From NCBI GenBank assembly GCA_000092065.1, contig CP000582.1: 64,000 bases of DNA; one strand, 5' to 3'. The position numbers and the translations under genes were made by a program. The notes under the pieces were generated by a model. That model made no database searches. It saw only the letters and a list, made by a program, of their open reading frames with translations, and had not been told where the DNA came from. This DNA comes from Ostreococcus lucimarinus (taxonomy: Eukaryota). Below are positions 58,227 to 64,000 of this stretch, piece by piece. Numbering within the stretch: position 1 is the first letter of the stretch; each line of letters begins with the position of its first letter.

Positions 58227-58698
58227 CGCGCTCGCTCGCTCGCGGTCGATCGTGCGGCGCCGCGCGCGCTCGGCATCGCGTCGCGGAGTGTCGCGCGCGT
58301 CGCCCCGCGGTGTCTTTGTCAGCGCGAACCGCGATCGGCGACGCGATCGCGATACGCCGACGCGCGCGACGTCGCTCTCGACGCACGAACGCGCGGAAAC
58401 GGTCGATAAATATCGCGCGCGCGAGAATCGCGCGCGCGAGCGGACGTCGGCGACGCGCGAGAGGCGCGAGAGGCGTGAAACGCGCGGCGCGCGCGGAACG
58501 ATCTCCGCGCGCGCGTGGTGATTGCGAGCGCTGGACGCGCGCGCGAGCGCGCGAGGGCGTCGAGCGCGCGCTCGGTACGGACGGAAACGTTCGGTGGGTC
58601 GGTCGCGCGCGACGCGAGGGACGTAGGACGGCGCGAGGGCGACGCGAGGGCGCGCGAGGGAAAGGTTGGAGACCGAGGGTATCCTCGCGGCGCGCGCG

Positions 58699-59892
58699 AT
58701 GGCGTCGCAGAGCGGTTTAGAGCTGCGCGTGGGGAATAAGTACAGGCTCGGACGGAAGATTGGATCGGGGTCGTTCGGAGACATTTATCTCGGCACGCAC
58801 ATCAAGACGAATGAAGAGGTGGGGATCAAGCTGGAGAGCTGCAAGACGAAGCATCCGCAGTTGCTGTACGAGTCGAGGTTGTACAAGATTTTACAAGGCG
58901 GCACGGGCGTGCCGAACGTGCGATGGTACGGCGTGGAGGGTGATTATAACATCATGGTGATGGATCTGCTCGGACCGAGCTTGGAGGATCTGTTCAACTT
59001 TTGTAACCGAAAGTTGAGCCTGAAGACGGTGTTGATGCTGGCGGATCAGCTCGTGTCGAGGATCGAGTACGTGCATAGTAAAAGTTTCATCCATCGCGAT
59101 ATAAAGCCGGATAACTTTTTGATGGGACTCGGAAAACGAGCGAATCAGGTCAACATCATCGACTTCGGGCTGGCGAAGAAGTATAGAGATCCAAAGACGC
59201 ACTTACACATTCCGTATCGAGAGAATAAAAACTTGACGGGAACGGCGAGATACGCGAGTATCAACACGCACGTTGGGATCGAGCAATCGCGACGGGACGA
59301 CTTGGAGTCGCTCGGGTACGTTTTGATTTACTTCTTGCGCGGATCTTTGCCCTGGCAAGGCTTGAAAGCGGCGACGAAGAAACAAAAATATGAAAAGATT
59401 AGCGAAAAGAAGATGACGACGCCCATCGAGGTGTTGTGCAAAGGCTATCCGCCAGAGTTTGTGACGTACTTCCAAGTCGTGCGCTCGCTGCGGTTCTCGG
59501 ACAAGCCGGATTACTCGTACCTTCGCAAGCTGTTCCGCGATTTGTTTATTCGCGAAGGCTATCAGTACGATTACGTATTCGACTGGACGATTTTAAAGTA
59601 CCAGCAGACGCAGGCGTTGACGCGTCCCAGCGCGAGCGCGGCGCAAGCGCAGGCGGGTGTCGGCACGAGCGGTGACGCCACCGACCCCAGCGCCGCGCTC
59701 CGACGTCAATCAACTTTAGATCGCAACGCAAGCGTTTCGCGACCGAGCGGGACGAGACTAGTCGAGAAGGAAGTCGCGAGCGCAGATCGGACCACATCCT
59801 TCGCGCGCAACTACGATCGCCAGCGCTCGAGCTCGCGACCTCTCGCCAGTAGAAAGGAAGAGGATTACGACGGCGGTCGTGCGTACCAATAA
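58699..59892 (+). CDS. CK1: Casein kinase I (CK1 delta/epsilon-like).
   Basis: [48 protein letters not shown] and [21 protein letters not shown] are near-invariant CK1 signatures. The track start is TTG at 58666, and the ATG is at 58699. Confidence 0.95.
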   Translation: MASQSGLELRVGNKYRLGRKIGSGSFGDIYLGTHIKTNEEVGIKLESCKTKHPQLLYESRLYKILQGGTGVPNVRWYGVEGDYNIMVMDLLGPSLEDLFNFCNRKLSLKTVLMLADQLVSRIEYVHSKSFIHRDIKPDNFLMGLGKRANQVNIIDFGLAKKYRDPKTHLHIPYRENKNLTGTARYASINTHVGIEQSRRDDLESLGYVLIYFLRGSLPWQGLKAATKKQKYEKISEKKMTTPIEVLCKGYPPEFVTYFQVVRSLRFSDKPDYSYLRKLFRDLFIREGYQYDYVFDWTILKYQQTQALTRPSASAAQAQAGVGTSGDATDPSAALRRQSTLDRNASVSRPSGTRLVEKEVASADRTTSFARNYDRQRSSSRPLASRKEEDYDGGRAYQ

Positions 59893-59955
59893 TCTTGTAT
59901 TCTATAGGAACAGCAAACCAACGAGCAAGCGTTTCATCCGCACAGCGCGGCGGCG

Positions 59956-59962
59956 TATATAA
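59956..59962 (+). promoter_or_regulatory. TATA box (TATATAA) ~20 bp upstream of the SNF2_N-like gene ATG.
   Basis: ggcggcgtatataaccgccgcg is embedded in GC-rich sequence. It lies 64 nt after the CK1 stop and 20 nt before the ATG at 59982. Confidence 0.5.
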
Positions 59963-59981
59963 CCGCCGCGCCGTCGAGGCC

Positions 59982-61277
59982 ATGCCTCCCGAGCGCGCTT
60001 CCTTCGCCTCGCGCCTGCTCGACTCCCAGTCCGCGTCCCTCGATGCGAACGACGAAGACACGTTCGTGAACGCGCTCGCGACGCAGCCGACGGCGCCGCA
60101 CGCGACGCAAAGTCTCGCAAAGTCAAAGTGCTCTTTCGCATCGCGCGCGTTCGAATGCTCCGCCGACGCTGACGCCAAGCGCCGCGTGGACCACCTAGAC
60201 GCCGAGTCGATCGGAATAAAACGCGCCTTGGTGGTCCCGCGCGCGCCGAGCGCTGGATCTGTCGTGCTTTGGCCTCCCGAGGGCGCCTGCAGAGCGACGA
60301 CGGCGATGACGCTGCCGGCGACGCACGCGACGCGAATGACGCCGAGACAGATTGAAGTCGTGCGCGCGCTCCACGAGAGGTTCACCAAACATCACATTAA
60401 CTCTGGCTGCGTGGTGCGCGATGCGGATGAGCTGGAACCGATCGTGGGGGTGTGCGCGTTCGCGTCGGCGATGTTGGCGGCGCGGGGCGACGCCGACAAA
60501 GAGGCGTCTTTGCTAGTCTTGTGCGCGCCGAACGCGATTTTGGCGTGGGTGCAGACTCTGCAGACGTATGGTGTCAGTGGATTAGAGTCCGCGCGAGGCG
60601 TGACGCAGAGCGAAAGGGCGTTGACTCGAGTCAAGAGCGGCGCCGCGTGCGCCCTGGTGATGTCGCACGACACGTATAGAAACGCGGTGCATGACGTGAT
60701 CCAGGTGCCTTGGGCGATGTGCGTCTACGATGAAGTCCACCGTTTGAAGTCAGACAAGAGTAAAGCGTACGAAGCGGCGCATCTGCTTCACAAGAAGGTT
60801 TTCCGTGTCGGGTTGTCCGACCAACTTTTCACGAACTGCAACGCATCGGAGCTTTGGAGCGTGATGAACTGGATAGTGCCTTGGCGACTCGGCGATCGCA
60901 ACCTGTACGACTCTTACTTCGTCAAGCCGATCAACGATGGGCATAGAAATGTCCACACGGATGTCGCGCAACAACGTACGCGCGAATTGCACGTGCATCT
61001 GTCCGCGGCGATGACGCCGGGCATCGGCGAAGCGCAACTGTTTAGACAGTACGCACCAGACGTCGAAGGCACCGACGGTTCCGCTACGACAGCCCACAAA
61101 GCGCTCGAGGCGCTGGCGAGCTTTGAGAATTTGCCGGTCGCCGAAATGGCGGCCAAACTACTCGCGATGGACAAGCGCGGGCGCGACGCGCTGCGCTGTC
61201 GAGTCATCGCGAGCGAACTCGGCACGTTCGCCACCGTTCTCGAGCAATGGCAGAAAGAAAACGACGACGTGAAGTGA
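59982..61277 (+). CDS. SNF2 N-terminal (DEAH-box ATPase lobe 1)-like protein lacking a Walker A motif and any helicase-C lobe.
   Basis: YDEVHRLKSDKSKAYEAAHLL (DExH motif II), VGLSDQLFTNCNASELWSVMNWIVP (motif III region). Where GxGKT is expected the sequence is RDADELEPIVGVCAFASAMLA. The ORF ends ~170 aa after motif III, and the next gene is on the opposite strand. The track start is TTG at 59895, and the ATG is at 59982. Confidence 0.6.
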   Translation: MPPERASFASRLLDSQSASLDANDEDTFVNALATQPTAPHATQSLAKSKCSFASRAFECSADADAKRRVDHLDAESIGIKRALVVPRAPSAGSVVLWPPEGACRATTAMTLPATHATRMTPRQIEVVRALHERFTKHHINSGCVVRDADELEPIVGVCAFASAMLAARGDADKEASLLVLCAPNAILAWVQTLQTYGVSGLESARGVTQSERALTRVKSGAACALVMSHDTYRNAVHDVIQVPWAMCVYDEVHRLKSDKSKAYEAAHLLHKKVFRVGLSDQLFTNCNASELWSVMNWIVPWRLGDRNLYDSYFVKPINDGHRNVHTDVAQQRTRELHVHLSAAMTPGIGEAQLFRQYAPDVEGTDGSATTAHKALEALASFENLPVAEMAAKLLAMDKRGRDALRCRVIASELGTFATVLEQWQKENDDVK

Positions 61278-61334
61278 ACACGATGACTAGCTATACCTAG
61301 CGATTAGCAATTACAATTCAATTCAATTTGAACA

Positions 61335-61957
61335 TCAGACGAACTCGTTCAACAGACGCTCTACGGTTTGCGCGTCGAGACCCATGACGCCGTCCATCGA
61401 CCCTTCGATGCGCTTTAGATACGGCTGAAGCAGCGGATGCTCGACCATGAGACCTCCGGCGCAAAACATGCACTCGCCCTCGTCCACGATGGCGTTCACG
61501 ACGTCATCGGGAATTTCGTCGAAGACGACGGTGTTCACGTCCACCGCCGACGCCGACTTTCCGCTCGATAAATCCGTCACCATCGTCGACCCGACCGTGG
61601 ACGGCGGGTCCAAGCCGTACCCGCGTATGAACTCTCGCGCCTCGCTCGCGCTCGTCGGTTTCTCGCGGATGATTCCTCGATGCACCACGACTTGGTCGCA
61701 CGTGATCAACAATCTCCGCGCTCCCTCACCGCGCTCCGCGAGCTTTTCGCGCACCGCCGTCGCCTTCGCGCTCGCCAGCGCGCGCACCAAAACTTCGGGA
61801 TCATCAAACCGTATCGCCTTCTCGTCGATATCCGGCTTCTCGATGACGTACTCGATGTTCATCCCCGACAAGATGGCGCGTCGCGTCGCCGAGCCCGAGC
61901 CCAAGATCACCGCCGTCGACGTCTCCTTCAATCTTTCCGCGACCGTTTTCGCGTTCA
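61335..61957 (-). CDS. maf: Maf-like nucleoside triphosphate pyrophosphatase (Maf/ASMTL family).
   Basis: AVILGSGSATRRAILSGMNIEYVIEKPDIDE ... LITCDQVVVHRG ... GKSA..D and the C-terminal GLMVEHPLLQPYLKRIEGSMDGVMGL match Maf. The track ORF extends to 62513 through Arg-rich junk. I used the ATG of MNAKTVAERLKE (~61957, possibly 1 nt off), giving 207 aa. Confidence 0.8.
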
Positions 61958-62728
61958 TCGCGCGCGCGATCGCTTCGTTCCGCCCACACGCGCGCGTCCG
62001 AACGATCCACGCGCACCGACGCGTCCAGGTCGTCGTCGCGCGCATCCGCCGCGTTTTGCGGCGCGCGTCCTCGTCCCTCCGCGGCGCCTTCACCCCGTCC
62101 CGCCTCCGAACGTCGACGTCTCCCGCTCGCTCGCTCGCCCGTTCGCCAGCGTCTCTCGCTCGGCGTCGCGCAGCTCGCGTTCGCTCGGCACGTTCGCGCC
62201 GAACAGCTTCCGCCACGCGCGTCCCGCGCGCTCGGCGTCCTCGCGCGTCAGCGGCGACGTCCCATTCGCGTCTCCCTCGCCCGTCTCCGCGCGCGCGCGC
62301 GCCGCCCGTCGCTCGGGCGCGGGTAATCCCTCGCGCTGCGCGCGCTTCACCGCGAAGCACTCCCACAGGTCGCTCCATTTCTCGTCGCACGCGTCGAGCT
62401 CGCCGTGTCTGTAGTACCGACTCAACTGAAACATCGGATCTGCGTCGCGTCGCGCGCGTCGTCAGTCTCGCGCCGCGCGATTCGGCGCGGTCGTTCGAGG
62501 CGCACCGTAGCACGTCCAGACGCGCTCGACGGCCTCGGCGACGGTCTCGGGCGGGAGATCCGCGCGCGTCATGGCGAGGCTCGGAGTGCCGCGCGCCGTC
62601 ACAGCGCGACGCGTCGACGGCGAATCGCGCGCGGCGATCGACGCCGTGCGCGCGGTGAGAGACGCGCGGGCGACGCGGCGATGCGCGTCGACGCGGCGCG
62701 CGCGCGCGCGGCGACGCGCGCGGACGCG

Positions 62729-64000
62729 ATGGCGTCGAGGTGCCGACTCGGACGACGCCCGGAGGGTTCGCGCGGTGCGACGACGCGCGCGCGGCGCGCG
62801 CGGCGCGCGAGATGGGTCGAGTGCGCGGTGACGGACCCGCCGGTGACGCGCGAGGCGGTCAGGACGTCGGACGTGGAGCTGTTCGAGGGGAAGAAGCGAT
62901 TGCAGACGCAGGCGACGGCGCTCGGCGAGGGCACCACGCTGATACGGTCGCTCGATTGGGATCGCGATCGGTTCGACATCGAGTTTGGGTTGGAAAAAGG
63001 GACGACGTATAACTCGTACATCATTCGCGGCGCGCCCGGGACGGCGGCGCTGATCGACGCGAGTCACGAAAAGTTTCGGGAGTTGTACATGAAGACGCTG
63101 ACTGGAGAAATCGACCCGCTGGAGATCAAGTACGTGGTGTGCTCGCACACCGAACCCGATCACTCGGGATTGATCGGAGACGTGCTGAAGATTGCGCCGA
63201 ATGCGACGGTGCTCGGGAGTAAGGTGTGCTTGGCGTTCTTGGAGAATTTGATTCACGAGCCGTTCGAGTCGAGGGTGGTCAAGGGGGGCGACGTCGTGGA
63301 TTTGGGCGACGGACACGAGCTGAAGTTTATCATGGCGCCCAACTTGCATTGGCCGGATACGATGTTCACATACGATCCGAAGTCACGATTGATGTACACG
63401 TGCGACGCGTTCGGGTCGCATTATTGCAGTGAGGACCCGTTCGACGGGGACTTGAGCGCGTTGATGCCGCACTATCGTTTCTACTACGAGTGTTTGATGA
63501 AACCGAACGCTCGATCGGTGCTCACGGCGCTTCGCAAGTGCGAGTCCGAAGGCGCAGATTTTGTGGGCATTTGTAACGGCCACGGACCGTTGCTGCGGTA
63601 CAACGTGGACGAACTCGTGGGGGATTACAAGAAATGGAGCGAGAGCGCGTTGGCCAAGGCCAAGGCAAACGTGGCGGTATTTTACACCGCCGAGTACGGT
63701 TTCAGCGATCGACTTTCGCAGTCCATCGCGCGCGGGTTGACGAAGACCGAAACAGAGGTTGTCATGATGGATTTATTGTCCGCAGATTCTCAAGAACTCG
63801 TCGAAACGACGAAGCACGCGGCTGGCATCGTCTTGCTTTCGCCGCCGCGCGCCGGTCCAGCCAACGAGCAGCTCGCCAACATCATCGGCGCCGTGGACGC
63901 CAAGCAAAAGTTCTTCATCGCGGAATCGTATGGTGGTGAAGACGAGCCCGTGGACTTGTTGGCGAAGAAACTCGCCGAGCTCGGCGTTACCGAGGCTTTT
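62729..64000 (+). CDS. FLV: Flavodiiron protein (metallo-beta-lactamase-like and flavodoxin-like domains), plastid-type. The 3' end runs past the window end.
   Basis: My translation of the frame ≡2 mod 3 gives MASRCRLGRRPEGSRG...(transit-peptide-like)...TTYNSYIIRGAPGTAALIDASHE...VVCSHTEPDHSG (di-iron HxExDH motif)...GDGHELKFIMAPNLHWPDTMFTYD...CNGHGP (MBL-like domain). The flavodoxin-like domain follows (VAVFYTAEYGFSDRLSQSIARGL...IVLLSPP). There is no stop before 64000, so the track omits it. Confidence 0.85.
   Translation, partial: MASRCRLGRRPEGSRGATTRARRARRARWVECAVTDPPVTREAVRTSDVELFEGKKRLQTQATALGEGTTLIRSLDWDRDRFDIEFGLEKGTTYNSYIIRGAPGTAALIDASHEKFRELYMKTLTGEIDPLEIKYVVCSHTEPDHSGLIGDVLKIAPNATVLGSKVCLAFLENLIHEPFESRVVKGGDVVDLGDGHELKFIMAPNLHWPDTMFTYDPKSRLMYTCDAFGSHYCSEDPFDGDLSALMPHYRFYYECLMKPNARSVLTALRKCESEGADFVGICNGHGPLLRYNVDELVGDYKKWSESALAKAKANVAVFYTAEYGFSDRLSQSIARGLTKTETEVVMMDLLSADSQELVETTKHAAGIVLLSPPRAGPANEQLANIIGAVDAKQKFFIAESYGGEDEPVDLLAKKLAELGVTEAF

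Noticed and set aside
62462-63349. 295-aa minus ORF, plus ORFs 62571..62831 and 62740..63012
   Set aside because: The 295-aa ORF is antisense to the flavodiiron gene. The others are out of frame with it. Only the short stretch 62430-62560 is kept, as a speculative finding.
1-64000. Searched for prokaryotic-style features: CRISPR arrays, operons, defence islands, IS elements and integrases
   Set aside because: The window is eukaryotic nuclear DNA, with spliceosomal introns, transit peptides and nuclear RNA-processing genes. No direct-repeat/spacer arrays, transposase or integrase ORFs were seen. I also recognised no tRNA or rRNA genes, although a tRNA-sized feature could be missed by eye.

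Overview
This window reads as compact, GC-rich nuclear DNA from a photosynthetic eukaryote. The closest fit is a Mamiellophyceae-type green picoalga (Micromonas/Ostreococcus-like). The evidence is gene content and architecture, all read by eye; I ran no search. I did not compute GC content, but the sequence is visibly G+C-dominated (CGCGCG runs everywhere). About 37 protein-coding genes sit on both strands. Most are intron-less or have a few small phase-0 introns. Intergenic spacers are often only 45-300 bp. Recognisable products include importin-beta, a Zn-ADH, a peroxisomal ABCD half-transporter, the SUV3 helicase, NOG1, Rpn6, Sas10/Utp3, Tat-SF1, SF3b2, the RNA polymerase III largest subunit, casein kinase I, IRE1 and ribosomal uL24. 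Several products carry transit-peptide-like N-termini and plastid functions. These are MinD, PsaE, a one-helix LHC-like protein, DapF, an LSF2/SEX4-like glucan phosphatase, a flavodiiron protein and a YbeD/DUF493 protein. No rRNA, tRNA, CRISPR array or transposon was recognised. The six-frame track carries many long Arg/Ala-rich antisense ORFs that are compositional artefacts. It also lists TTG/GTG/CTG-initiated ORFs as M, so I re-placed the start at the first in-frame ATG wherever the listed start codon was not ATG. Four spliced genes that the track breaks up were rebuilt by hand (Sas10/Utp3, PsaE, the LSF2-like phosphatase, an Arc1p/EMAP-II tRNA-binding protein, and FAM32A). Their introns mostly use GTGCGN donors. 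Items worth a second look are listed below. They include an IRE1 ending in a CCCH zinc finger, an SNF2_N-only protein with no Walker A, a stand-alone myosin-TH1-like protein, a secreted somatomedin-B-like cysteine-rich protein, a 107-bp tandem duplication across the 3' end of the ADH gene, an ATGA stop/start overlap between DapF and the YbeD-like ORF, and a rotatin-like 2089-aa protein. I could not confirm a single exciting undescribed system in this window.
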